From Trichoplax adhaerens (Eukaryota; Animalia; Placozoa), in assembly GCF_000150275.1 (NCBI RefSeq), contig NW_002060957.1, positions 633,767 to 697,766 on the forward strand: a stretch of 64,000 nucleotides of DNA. The letters run 5' to 3'. Below, piece after piece: positions 41,367 to 53,023 of this stretch. Position 1 is the stretch's first letter; the number at the start of each line of letters is the position of its first letter. Below the pieces are notes generated by a model, which worked only from the letters and a program-made list of their open reading frames with translations, was not told where the DNA came from and did no database searches. The translations under genes were made by a program, and so were the position numbers.

Positions 41367-43033
41367 ATGGAGGCTTTGCATAAAGAAGCACTGAGACGCC
41401 AACGGACAGCGGAAATAAGAGCCTATATAAAGGAAAAACAAGTAAGTCATGATAATGATGTCCTTCATTAAAGTAAGGGGCTTTTTTTATAAATCCAAGC
41501 TTTTATCATTATCTTGGACGTTTACAAATTGCAATCTATCTATCGTAAGATTTTTAAATTGCAACATAATAATTATTCTACGCTACAGATTAACAGAGTT
41601 TTAAGTAATCAATTAGTCATGCAACGTGTAAAAAGTTTGATGGGAGCTATTTCAATAAACTACGGTGTATCCTTTTCTTGGTCCCCAAAGAAAGAATTAG
41701 TACATCTTCATCATGTTCCAACCCTCTTAGTACAATATCGTCTTACACTTTGATTATGTGCCTAGAGTCTTATTTATAAGATAGTGGTGATTAGGCTTAG
41801 GGGATGTGGTACCGTAGGTATATCCAATGCTCCTTAACGACTGCATATTATATAAATCGAATAAAATGTACATAAATTGGCGATCACGTCGTGCTAGAAT
41901 ATGGTTTTAGTACGATAGTCAATGGAAACTATTCTGGTTGTATCATATTATAGCAGTGATTCACCTAATTACTGTTGTTGCTTTTCTGTTTCTGTCAGTT
42001 AAGGGATTACTGCATGTACTTCGATCTTTCCGAGATAAGATTGCATTTATAGATAGAGTAGGTTAAGTTAGCCTGTATTTTTGGTTATAGTACAGTTTAG
42101 GAGTTTTTCACATATACATATGTAAATAATGCACAATCATACTATAGCGTGCAAAAGTTGCAGGAATTGAAATCATAGATATTCGAAACTTTTGATCGAT
42201 GGACGATTATAATTTAGATTGCACTGTTTAGTTCTATATTGGCTTGCTATAAAGTTTTAAGAGATTATATTTAAGCAAAGATTATATAATCAAGTATTTC
42301 CATTTTTAGTACCGTTAAAAGATGTAGTATGATTATATGGCAAGTGGATAGCTTTTCTTGCCAAGTATTAGAGACTCCACTACGAAAGTGTTATTCAATC
42401 ATATTTTAATTCCCCAATGCAAATCTACCGTATGTACGCCTGTTAAAAAATATATCAAAGTTATATTTTCAAAGGGTGTTCACTAATAACTTTATTTGGA
42501 CTTTTATTGTAAGGGCGCTGGCGTTAGCATTAATAAATCAAATCAGCAACCAGTAAGACCAGGAACTGGTGAAAGTGTTACTGGAAGTCCAGTGAATAGA
42601 AAATTTACTGTGAGCGTTGTATATAGAATGTTAGAATGTTTTTGAAATTAAATTATACGGTAGTTGCCTTAGCGATGTTGGTCATACAGTAATGAGTAAA
42701 TACTATGATCAATTATTAGAAGCTGCCTGTGCTACAGTTATACAATATAATAAATAATACTTTCTCAATAGCAATTAAAGCTTGTAATTTTGTGGTTAGA
42801 TTTGAAATGGAAATATGTTATTAATAATTTAGATCATGTATTATCAGATAGCATGCCTATGCAATGCTTTTAACAGTTATAACCAATAGTGGCTTTAGAC
42901 ACATGTGAAGCAAGATAGGACAATATAGCGTAACGTAATTTTAGCTCGTAGCGAATAAACTATCATGTCGAAATTAATATTTTGATGTTGATTTTTTAAT
43001 TTTCAGTCCAAAGACTATTTAATGCAATGGTAG
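41367..43033 (+). CDS. Small spliced orphan protein (~110 aa), divergently oriented to CFAP65
   Basis: Five phase-compatible GT-AG exons (41367-41441, 41589-41664, 41999-42057, 42514-42609, 43007-43033) give MEALHKEALRRQRTAEIRAYIKEKQINRVLSNQLVMQRVKSLMGAISINYVKGLLHVLRSFRDKIAFIDRGAGVSINKSNQQPVRPGTGESVTGSPVNRKFTSKDYLMQW*. The last exon is the least certain. Confidence 0.6.
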
Positions 43034-44293
43034 AGACCGCAATTAATATCCATTTCTCTATAAATGACAAGACACATTCTGGAATTTAATAATTATTTAT
43101 TTAATTACATATCTAACGATCAAATTAATCATGCATGGTTTCAATTGGTTTCCATTTGTACTCACTCGCCTGTTACTTTTTAACATATGTATATATAATA
43201 CATGTACATATATATCTATTCGCATGCATAAAGTACGTAGTTTATGTTTGCGCTGATGTATATTATTTTGGATGTGCGATTTCCTCCTATAATTACTAGT
43301 AGAAGCGTTGCTCGTGATACTTTGCGCGCTGTTTTGTCCTCTTGCTTTATATTTGAATCTATATCAATTTTATCCATTATGAGTTATTAATGATCAATTG
43401 GTACTACATTATAATCTGTCATATTGCAACATATACATGGATAATCATCTACACTAGCTAACTTTAATATCAATTTGGGTTGTCTATCTACAACTATATC
43501 TAGGATTTCAAAATAAAATATCGTAATTTGCTATATTTAATTCTGCTGCGACTATCTACTGATGTCAATTCGAAATTTTCAATGACGAGGCAAAAGTTGG
43601 CTCTCATAATTTGCGGTGTAAGAAAATTTATTATAGGTTTGCAAGGTAAATGAATGTAGCGATTTAAGAAGATATCTATCTATTGGATGAATTTTTATTT
43701 ACATTTCTATTTCAAAATCAGGGTCTAATGCTATAGGCATTTCTTATAGCACCCAAGGATATCATCTATCATGAAGGCTTGACTTAAGCTAACAGTCAAG
43801 ATGACATAGTCGCATATTAAATATAAGTCTAAACAAAGTAGCTTGGAAACATGAAGGTGAAATTATTTAAAATAATAAATATAAAATGGTTTGCAACTTA
43901 TTTTAGTAGAGTGACACCTTTAATAGGATTGTACATCAAAGGTTCGTATGCAATAAGAAAAAGTATCGAGGCATGACTACACACAAAAAGAAGTCATTTT
44001 ATTGTCAGGTTCATGCTTTGATAGCATCATAAGGCAATTTATGTTCATAATATCATACAGTAAATGGAACTGCACCTAAAGAGTACGTATAAAGTATGCA
44101 GTTGCAGTGGTTGGCAATTAACGTTATGCAAATACCACTGAGTATCAAATCATCCAAATGCAAAAACTTATGTAGTCTAACATATCCGATACAATATGCA
44201 GACTACAGGTCGTGCGAACTGGATTGTAGCAAGAGCAAGAGCAAGAAATTTATCTAGTTTGGCAATAATTTTATTTCCTGTAAGGAAGGAGAA

Positions 44294-45808
44294 TTAGTCA
44301 GATTTATCTTTAACGGATTTTCCTCGACAACAAGAGCTTCGAAAGCAGTAATAGATTACCGACAGTAAGACGATAATTAAGCAGGCCATATCCAGAAAGT
44401 ATAATTGCCAAAAAGATAAGCTGTATTGATAGACTCTTAAGTGATTTGCTCCTTTACCTTCGGCTATATATTCAATCCAATCGACTACGGATTGGCGTGG
44501 AGTGCGCGGTTTATTACGCAGTAGTCTTGAAATTTTGTTGACGTTTCGAGTAAAGCTGTCGTTGTTGGTCGCTTGTGAAATTGCTGAAACTAAATCACTT
44601 GCATTAAAGTCGTTATAGTTTACATGGACTGCAATACCAGCATAAATCATGCGTATCATGTTTGTATTTTGTTCGTTTGTTATAGGAATGCCAATCATAG
44701 GAACACCATGATAAGCCCCTTCATACATACTATTGGAGCCACAATGAGTTACAAAAGCTTTAACACTTTGACTCCCTAAAATATCATTTTGAGGTAGCCA
44801 TTTTCCGATATTAACGTTATAAGGGAGGTTATCGATTTCTTTTGCAGTCTTCCATAAGATGCAGTGTGATAGCCTTGCAAATGCATCCATTAATGCAGGT
44901 AATTGATCATCACGAAATTGATATAGGCTACCAAGTGAAACATAAATAACACCACGACGATGACATTTATCCATAAATAGTTGCAACTTCTGAGGTAGGC
45001 TAGCAGGAGGTTGAGGTGTTAATGGGCCAATCATACGAACATTAGGTAGTAGTGGTCGTGCAAATTCAATCGCAAAATCAGCATTCAATAATACAAGTGA
45101 AGGTTTTAAAAATAATTGGCGTAGAGAAAGGTTTAAGCTAATATTGAATTGTTGGCGTAATTCGTTGATTGCAGGAGTGGAATAATAATGGACAATGAGC
45201 TTCGTCAAAATACCGGCAAAACAGTTGACAATGCGTTGATAGAATGACATCTGTGGAGTTAATTGGACACCAAATTGGGGTATATAAGCTAGTGGATTGG
45301 GATTTTCCAATAAGCCATAAATATACAAATCCATGAAAGCGCCAGGTGATAGTAAAATGTTGACTTTATCTATTTTTTCAGGTAATAAATAGCTACAAAG
45401 GTAGACAAGATCGCTAACAACGACATCGGCATCGGCAATAGCTTGCATGATTCGAGTGTTATTCAAGGTTTTACTGCAATATGATTTTTGTACTTGGATC
45501 ATATAAGCAATAACTGCATTACCGTTCTTACTATTAATTAGTTTGGTAATTTTATCAAAGCTAATAGGCTGATCAATATTAAATCTAGCCATAGGAACTT
45601 GGCTATTTTCCAAGGCGTCTCTCTCTTCGACCACTAAAATAACATCATGTCCACGCAATTGCAGTTCTCGACTGACAATTTCCATAATGATGGTATGACT
45701 TTTGCCATACATGGGTAAAGTGACGACTTTTAATCCGAAAGTGTTACTCGATAGCAAAGTTAAAAACAAGGTAATGACCATAATGATGATGTAAGTTAAT
45801 GTGGCCAT
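44294..45808 (-). CDS. UDP-glucuronosyl/UDP-glycosyltransferase (GT1), intronless CDS
   Basis: 504-aa ORF with a signal peptide, catalytic His in GKSH, UGT signature WLPQNDILG..AFVTHCGSNSMYEGAYHGVPMIGIP, a C-terminal TM helix and a KxKxx ER-retrieval end (KDKSD). Confidence 0.96.
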   Translation of the reverse strand: MATLTYIIIMVITLFLTLLSSNTFGLKVVTLPMYGKSHTIIMEIVSRELQLRGHDVILVVEERDALENSQVPMARFNIDQPISFDKITKLINSKNGNAVIAYMIQVQKSYCSKTLNNTRIMQAIADADVVVSDLVYLCSYLLPEKIDKVNILLSPGAFMDLYIYGLLENPNPLAYIPQFGVQLTPQMSFYQRIVNCFAGILTKLIVHYYSTPAINELRQQFNISLNLSLRQLFLKPSLVLLNADFAIEFARPLLPNVRMIGPLTPQPPASLPQKLQLFMDKCHRRGVIYVSLGSLYQFRDDQLPALMDAFARLSHCILWKTAKEIDNLPYNVNIGKWLPQNDILGSQSVKAFVTHCGSNSMYEGAYHGVPMIGIPITNEQNTNMIRMIYAGIAVHVNYNDFNASDLVSAISQATNNDSFTRNVNKISRLLRNKPRTPRQSVVDWIEYIAEGKGANHLRVYQYSLSFWQLYFLDMACLIIVLLSVIYYCFRSSCCRGKSVKDKSD

Positions 45809-46104
45809 TCTTGCTCAATGTTGCTGACTTTGGATTAACGAAATCAATCTAGTTGTGAATAGGCTTTAACAAAATGTTTCGTTCTTGAATCGTGCAATGC
45901 CTAGAAAGTAAAAAGTGAGAAATTTAGCAATTTTTGTTGAAAAGAAATGGATATCGCTCGCTTTGCCTAGACTTGAATCAATTGATCTTTCAATGATGGA
46001 TCGTATCGTACTTTTAGTAAGCAAAAGAGTAAAGAACTAGAAGCTTTACTTAAATGGAGCACGTATAACTTTAAGGTAGGCTTTGATTTAATGTATCTGT
46101 CATA

Positions 46105-46525
46105 AATCTGTCGATGATGAATCCGTGTTTCAGTAAGGACATGAGAGTGTAGGTGGGAAGATCTGTGTTTCAACAGGATCGATATGATGTTGAAGCTAGG
46201 AGAAAATGTACTGATGATGAATCCATGTTTCGTAAGGGAATGAGAGTGTCGATGGAAAAAGCCCTGTTTCAATAGGATCGAAGTGATTTTGAAGCTAGGA
46301 GAAAATGTGCTGATGATGAATCAACGCTTCGTAAGGAAATGAGAGTGTCGATGGAAAAAGCAAAATTTCAATAGGATCGATATGATGTTGAAGCTAGGAG
46401 AAAATGTGCAGATGATGAATCGACGTTTCGTAGGGAAATGAGAGTGCCGACGGAAAAAGTAAAATTTCAATTGGATCGATAGGATGTTAAAGGTAATAGA
46501 AAATCAGGCGATGATGAATCATGCA
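46105..46525. repeat. 99-bp minisatellite, ~4 copies, with degenerate copies trailing to ~46900
   Basis: GATGATGAATC..TTTCGTAAGG..ATGAGAGTG..GGATCGA..GAAGCTAGGAGAAAATGT recurs at ~46112, 46213, 46312, 46411 and 46510. Confidence 0.9.
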
Positions 46526-47989
46526 ATGTTTATTTAGGCAAATAAGTCGTTAGATAGAGATGCTTTATTGATACGATTAGACACGATTTTGAAAGGGGAA
46601 TCAATCTGTCGATGATGAATCATGCAGTATTTAGCCAAGAAAAGCGGAAGTAGAAGCTGTATTTAAATCCAGTCGATGGAAATGTTGATATTGTTTATTT
46701 GCATTAGATAGGCACAATATTGAAAGCGGAATAAATCGATCAATGATGAATGCTATCGTGTTTCGTAAAGAAGTTAGTGTATCGATGAAGCTCTCATTCT
46801 ATTGGGCACATAAGATGTTGAAATTAGGGGGAAAAAAATCGATCGATGACGAATAATTCAGTGTTGAGCTAGGAAATGAGTGTCTAATAGGATTGGAGAT
46901 GGTTGATTGACATAGGATCGATACTGAACGGGAATGCAATCTCGTCAGTGTTGATCTCTGGATGGTGAATGATTTTGTGTTGATGAAGAAATTGTCCGCG
47001 TCGATGGCGATACTTTATTCAAATTAGACAGATATAATGTTAAAGTAGAATGAATGTGTTGGCGATAAACGTTTCATTAATAAGCCAGAATGCAAACTTG
47101 CCGATGGAAAGGTGCTTACCGCCAAGATTGCACTGCCATCGATGAAAAGTACTCGTATAATCGTTGTCCGATCAGGCAGCACAAGCTTGGATGGAAATAG
47201 ATAGTGGCAAAATTGGATAGGAAAGAGATGAAATGGACAGTATGAATTCGTCTACCATAACAGAATGGAATAGCAAGATGGAATTGATTCAACTCTACAC
47301 GTATGTCGAATTTATTGACAACAACAACGACATGATTGTTTATTGAATGCAATATTGCAAATGTTGTAGGCCTTACCTTATGGTGATGTTGATGTTATGC
47401 TGTTGAAATTTGCTCTTCAATCCGATGTCTACTGGTGGATGGTACAATCGCTACGTTGAACAACTATCCTCTATTCACTGTAAAGTAATGGATTTGCACT
47501 CCACACGATCATCCAAGCTGATCATCAAGGACCAATTGACCATATGAATGGAGAGAATCGATGAAGTTGTTGATCGTCGTCGATCCACCATCAATCTGGC
47601 AATGCAGCTTGGACGTGCTTGGATGGTAGAAAATATCGAGCGGATGTCGTCGACGTTGCCTCTTACTAGGAGAACTGTAGAGTTTTAGATACAACTGTCC
47701 ATCATCGACAAGGTTATAGCACACCAATGATGATATTAGACTGCAATCGACTGCTTGACGACGATGAGCAATAGCAATAACCAACTAAGTATGCCAATAA
47801 CGAGGATGATTTCTACAATTATGATTCAAGAAGCGCGGCAGGATTGAAGAAGGGCCGAAGTGATCGCTTACAGTCCACTATCTCAAACAGCCTTTTCATC
47901 TCTATCGTTTGACCGAGTGTATCGGTCATCATCGTCGTTTGGCTGACAACAACTTGACGGCGAGTCCAACAGCCGCTCTCACCTCTTAC

Positions 47990-49880
47990 ACTACACTATA
48001 GGCGATTTGCCATCCACTGCTACACTACACTGCCTTCTTCTAGCTCATTTGACTCGAATGGAGCTTCCTACTCGTATTCTCTTTTGATGGATGGATTTCT
48101 CTTCTTTTACTCTTTCTGCAATTCTTATTGCTTCATATCATTCACTGCAAATGTAGACACCATACTAAGATTGGGATATCATTAACGAAATTTACACCAT
48201 AGGCTATTCGCCATCCACTGCTATTCTAGATTGCCTTCTTCTAGCTCATTTTATTCTAATGGAGCTTCCTACTCGCATTCTCTTTTGATGGATGAATTTC
48301 TCTTCTTTTACTCTTTCTGCAATTCTAATTGCTTCATATCATTCACCACAAATGTAGACACGATACTAAGATTGAGACATCATTAACAGAATTAACAGAA
48401 TTTACACCATAGGCGATTTGCCATCCACTGCTACACTACACTGCCTTCTTCTAGCTCATTTTACTCTAATGGAGCTTCTTTCTCGCATTCTCTTTTGATG
48501 GATGGATTTCTCTTCTTTTACTCTCTCCGCAATTCTAATTGCTTCATATCATTCACTGCAAATGTAGACACCATACTAAGATTGAGACATCATTAACAGA
48601 ATTAACAGAATTTACACCATAGGCGATTTGCCATCCACTGCTACACTACACTGCCTTCTTCTAGCTCATTTTATTCTAATGGAGCTTCTTTCTCGCATTC
48701 TCTTTTGATGGATGGATTTCTCTTCTTTTACTCTCTCCGCAATTCTAATTGCTTCATATCATTCACTACAAATGTAGACACCATACTAAGATTGGGATAT
48801 CATTAACAGAATTTACGCCATAGGCTATTCGCCATCCACTGCTACACTACACTGCCTTCTTCTAGCTCATTTTATTCGAATTGAGCTTCCTGCTCGCATT
48901 CTCTTTTGATAGATGGATTTCTCTTCTTTTACTCTCTCCGCAATTCTAATTGCTTCATATCATTCACTGCAAATGTAGACATCATACTAAGATTGAGACA
49001 TCATTAACAGAATTTACACCATAGGCTATTCGCCATCGGCTGCTATTCTAGATTGCCTTCTTCTAGCTCATTTTATTCTAATGGAGCTTCCTACTCGCAT
49101 TCTCTTTTGATGGATGGATTTCTCTTCTTTTACTCTCTCCGCAATTCTAATTGCTTCATATCATTCACTACAAATGTAGACACCATACTAAGATTGGGAT
49201 ATCATTAACAGAATTTACGCTATAGGCTATTCGCCATCCACTGCTACACTACACCGCCTTCTTCTAGCTCATTTTATTCTAATGGAGCTTCCTACGCGTA
49301 TTCTCTTTTGATGGATGGATTTCTGTTCTTTACTCTCTCCGCAATTCTAATTGCTTCATATCATTCACTACAAATGTAGACACGATACTAAGATTGAGAC
49401 ATCATTGACAGAATTTACACCGTAGGCTATTCGCAATCCACTGCTACACTACACTGCCTTCTTCTTGCTCATTTTACTCTAATGAAGCTTACTACGCGTA
49501 TTCTCTTTTACTCTCTCCGCAATTGTTATTGCTTAATATCTTTCACTACAAATGTAGACACCATACTAAGATTGAGACATCATTAACAGAATTTACACCA
49601 TAGGCAGTTCGCCATCCACTGCTACACTACACTTGTTTACTGTCCCTTACTCGTATTCTATTTTGATCGATTGATTTCCCTTCTTTTACTCCTTCCGCAC
49701 CTAAAATTGCTTAATAGCATTCAGTACAATGTAGACACGATAGCAAGATTGAGGTGACATTAACAGAATTTTTAACATAGGCTATTCGCCATCGACTAGG
49801 CCTGCACTAGACTGCCTTCTTCTTGCTCATTTTTTACTCTAATGGAGATGTTTCCCTACTCGTACTCTATTTTGATGGAT
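47990..49880. repeat. ~201-bp satellite array, ~9.5 copies (some 210 bp from a duplicated TTAACAGAA)
   Basis: Unit start ATAGGC(G/T)ATT occurs at about 47998, 48199, 48409, 48619, 48820, 49021, 49222, 49422, 49600 and 49777. Central copies are highly similar and terminal copies are diverged. Confidence 0.97.
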
Positions 49881-50571
49881 TTTTAATGAAGGTTAATTTG
49901 ATATTTTGGGCTAGGGAAATATTTTCCAGTAATAGTGCCAATAATATATACATAACATATATATATATATATTCTCATACCCTGGAATAAGCCAAGAGTT
50001 AATCAACAAGTTATTGATGCTTTTGGCACTCCAATAACAGCTCAGGCAACTAAATATATCGCTTGAATTATAAAATCATAATATCTGATTCTTAACAAAA
50101 ATTATGCTACGGATTATCTTATCCGAATAGAGCAGTCAGGTTTACAATATACTAATATACTAAGTAAAATCGACTATTATAATTTAACCAAATAAGCCCA
50201 TTTTTAAAGCTAGAATACTTAATCACGATACAAAAACTAAACTAGAATAACTCCAATACAAGATCTTGAAGGAAATTCTAGAAATTAACCTTCATTACAT
50301 ATTAATTTCCCTTCTTTTACTCCCTCCTCAATTACCGTTGCTCAATACCATTCTGTACAATGTAGACATGATAGTAAGATTGAGATAGCATCAACTCCCC
50401 AATCACAAGAAATATTCTTACCAATGGAGAATTGGTGTATTGGAAAGAGTGAAAATTAGCATTTTCACATATGGCTGTGGACACAGTCGAGTACTGAATT
50501 TCTTCATGAGCATAGGCCAATCTAGGCAATCTAAAGCCGGTATACGATGAGTTAATCGATTCATCTTACAA

Positions 50572-51867
50572 CTAATTTGGAGCTAATTTGGAGCTGCACT
50601 CGACCACCAGGTGTAGAAATGCACGGTTGTACCTATACCATAGCTGGTTAAATACTTCTTGAGCTTCAACACATACATCATAATCAATGCCCTTTTCTTC
50701 GACGAAATCTTTTCTCACTAAAGATATTTCGGCTCCAGAATCGGCCAGAATTTTAGTTGGCTTTCCTTGAATATATCCATCGATAACGTAGTTATCAACT
50801 TCGCTGGATTTCCTGATTTGTAATACCGATACCTTCTTAGATTCTTCTTTTCTTTTTTTCAAATCATATCTCTCGGGACATGCATTAGCTAAATGTTTGT
50901 CAGAGCCACAAGTATAACATGACTTCTTTTCACCAGCTTTAGGTTTATGATACGCTTTCTTCGTATTATTCCCATGTGAATCTTTATTAGAATTCGGTTT
51001 ATTCTTTTTGAAGTCTTGATAACCAGAATTAGCCAGATATTGATCTGCTGCTGCCAACAAACTTTCCCATGATCTTGGATTTTGAGCTTGGACATGTCTC
51101 ATTAATTCTCGACCATATGCGTCTTGTGACCAATTAGAATATTGATGATCAAATAAAATTGTATCTTCTATACTTAGATGCGAATGTTGGATCCATCTAT
51201 TGAGTAGATCTTTCTTTTTAGCTCCATATTCTGTAAAGGTTTCATCTTGTTTTCTTTTCAACGTCATGAATTTAGTTCTATAAGCATCAGCAGTTATATG
51301 ATATGCATCAATAATTTTGCTCTTTACGAATTCATAATCTTGTAATTCCTCATGCGATAGCTTACTGTAAGCCGTTAATGCCTTTCCTGTTAACTCAAAA
51401 CCAAAGTTAATACCCCAACGATTTCTGGGCAATTCATTTAACTCAGAAGCGATTTCAAAAGTGTGAATCCAGTCTTCGATATCATCCAATTCATCTAATT
51501 TATGCACTTCTGCCTTGCTACTCGGAGCGGCTACAGTAATTACCTTTGGCTGCTGCGATCTTTGCATCATTCTATCCATCATTTCTTGATGTCTCCGCTC
51601 ACTCGCTTGTTGCATTTACATAAACATTGTAAACATTTGATTCAACTTGTCATCACCCTGTGATGTCGATGAACTACTAAACGCATTGTTGTCTTTTTCC
51701 AATGGACTGTAATCCTCCTTACTATCGTTTGGATGCAAGTCTCCTTCAGGTAGAGGCACACCAAGCTCTACCAAATGATTAATAATATCGGACATCCTCA
51801 ATTGTCCCTGCAATATTATTCCTTGCTTGACACACCATGCTTTTGATAGTTTTAACGGTAAACTCAT
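50572..51867 (-). pseudogene. Gag-protease ORF split by one in-frame TAA (51618-51616)
   Basis: ORFs 51867-51616 and 51615-50572 abut in the same frame (..MFTMFM*MQQASERR..). The capsid motifs DDIEDWIHTFE, LTGKALTAYSKL, DYEFVKSKIIDAY and YRTKF..DETFTEY..LLNRW..NPRSWESLLAAADQY are typical of Gmr1/SCAN-like gag. Confidence 0.85.
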
Positions 51868-51934
51868 TCCAATCTTCGAACGACGGCATTATTCCGTTTC
51901 TTCTTTAATTTTACTTTTTTTAGCTAAAATTCTC

Positions 51935-51953
51935 AATCCCACCGCTGCCAACA
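51935..51953 (-). other. Primer binding site complementary to the tRNA-Leu 3' end
   Basis: The minus strand reads TGTTGGCAGCGGTGGGATT, 2 nt after the LTR end, one mismatch from TGGTGGCAGCGGTGGGATT. Confidence 0.85.
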
Positions 51954-51955
51954 AT

Positions 51956-52309
51956 TGTTACATATTCTGTTTATCGTAACAATAATTTAATAGTCCAGTA
52001 GGGCTTGAGCACTGGACAATCACGAGTCCAATAGAGCTTAAGTACCGAACTAACTTTATTATGCATTAGAAGCCGTTATATATAAGAGACAATTACCAGT
52101 AATGTGCAATAACGGACATACCATGAATGTTAACGACAATCTTATCTTATTCATAATAAGATAACAACTTATTTTCTTAGATATGCTATCTAGGACTTAA
52201 TCGTCATCATTACAGAACAACTGCAGAAATATACTGTAATAAACAGGCTTATTCAATACGATAGGTGTTATCGATACTTTGTCTACAACAACTATATTAT
52301 TTCGTAACA
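51956..52309 (-). repeat. 5' LTR (~354 bp)
   Basis: Inverted termini TGTTAC/GTAACA, a TATA-like TATATAA at ~52080, AATAAA at ~52058, and a small hairpin GTCCAGT..ACTGGAC at ~51993-52017. Confidence 0.8.
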
Positions 52310-53023
52310 GTTATGTAACCTATACACAAGTAATTTCATACAAAAATAAATGAAAGCTGCCTTACTCAACAGTCTGCTAACGGCCCATCAGGTTATGGTA
52401 TCTATTGTTATTATTGAATGAATAATATAGCTACCACTAGTATTGACCTATATTTGGCTAATGAAAAATTGACTTAGCTCATATATAATCAGGTAGTGTA
52501 ACTGGCAGCTCAACTCTTATTGATGGAATGATTATTATTGTATTATTGTTAACTTTAGACGAATAATACCAAATATTGTACAATAAGGTAAAAATATTAT
52601 TAACAGTTCCCGTAGTTGTATGATCAAGTAACTAAAGCAAATTTTGTATTCTAGTAATAGTCTAAATTGCAAAAGATGCTATATTTTGGGCCTTACTTTG
52701 GCAATAGTAGCCTACTTCCTTATTCCAATTCTTGTCTATGTCACAATACATTTGGGTTGCATAGCGGGCAAGGAGTTGAACGGTAGCAAACGTAAAAGCG
52801 ATACCAATTCCGGTAGTAAGGGTAGTCAAAGTCTATAGCCAAGCATTCTAAATTTTATGAATTGGCCGTTAGTGCTAAAATAGTGAAATAACACGATAGT
52901 ACTTTAAAAGGGATAGATTATAATGTAGTTAGGCTAACTAATCTAGCAGCTTGCATTTTATGGGTAACTATACTAAGAATTCCGGTAGCAAAGAGCTTAA
53001 TATTTAAATACAGTAAATAATGA
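52310..53023 (+). repeat. Segmental duplicate of 55676-56112 (the second copy lacks ~280 bp)
   Basis: Near-identical from GTTATGTAACCTATACACAAG up to the gap. Segment 52469-52746 is absent from the 55676 copy. Confidence 0.93.

Larger units (their letters stand above)
50572..52309 (-). mobile_element. Truncated Ty3/Gypsy (Gmr1-like) LTR retrotransposon: 5' LTR, PBS, gag, protease; no RT, integrase or 3' LTR seen
   Basis: LTR 52309-51956 with TGTTAC...GTAACA termini, PBS at 51953-51935, and a gag with capsid, CCHC knuckle (CYTCGSDKHLANAC) and aspartic protease motif ILADSGAEISLV. Confidence 0.9.

Noticed and set aside
41667-41840. U12-type intron (GTATCCTTT at 41667, TCCTTAAC at ~41831)
   Set aside because: There is no suitably spaced acceptor after the branch-like motif. 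The U2 donor 2 nt upstream gives a phase-consistent model with the 41999 exon.
46211-46420. Hammerhead ribozyme/retrozyme in the 99-bp repeat (CTGATGA present)
   Set aside because: There is no stem II closing onto a C-GAAA, and CTGATGA is not kept in all units.
47990-49880. Coding repeat (units of 201/210 bp are multiples of 3)
   Set aside because: The frames I checked have stops within each unit, and the ORF track shows no ORF of 60 aa or more here.
49948-49980. Inverted match to the empty-site flank (ATGAG..TATATATATGTTATGTA) as the element's other end
   Set aside because: The match is mostly (TA)n, does not extend, and has no adjacent LTR.
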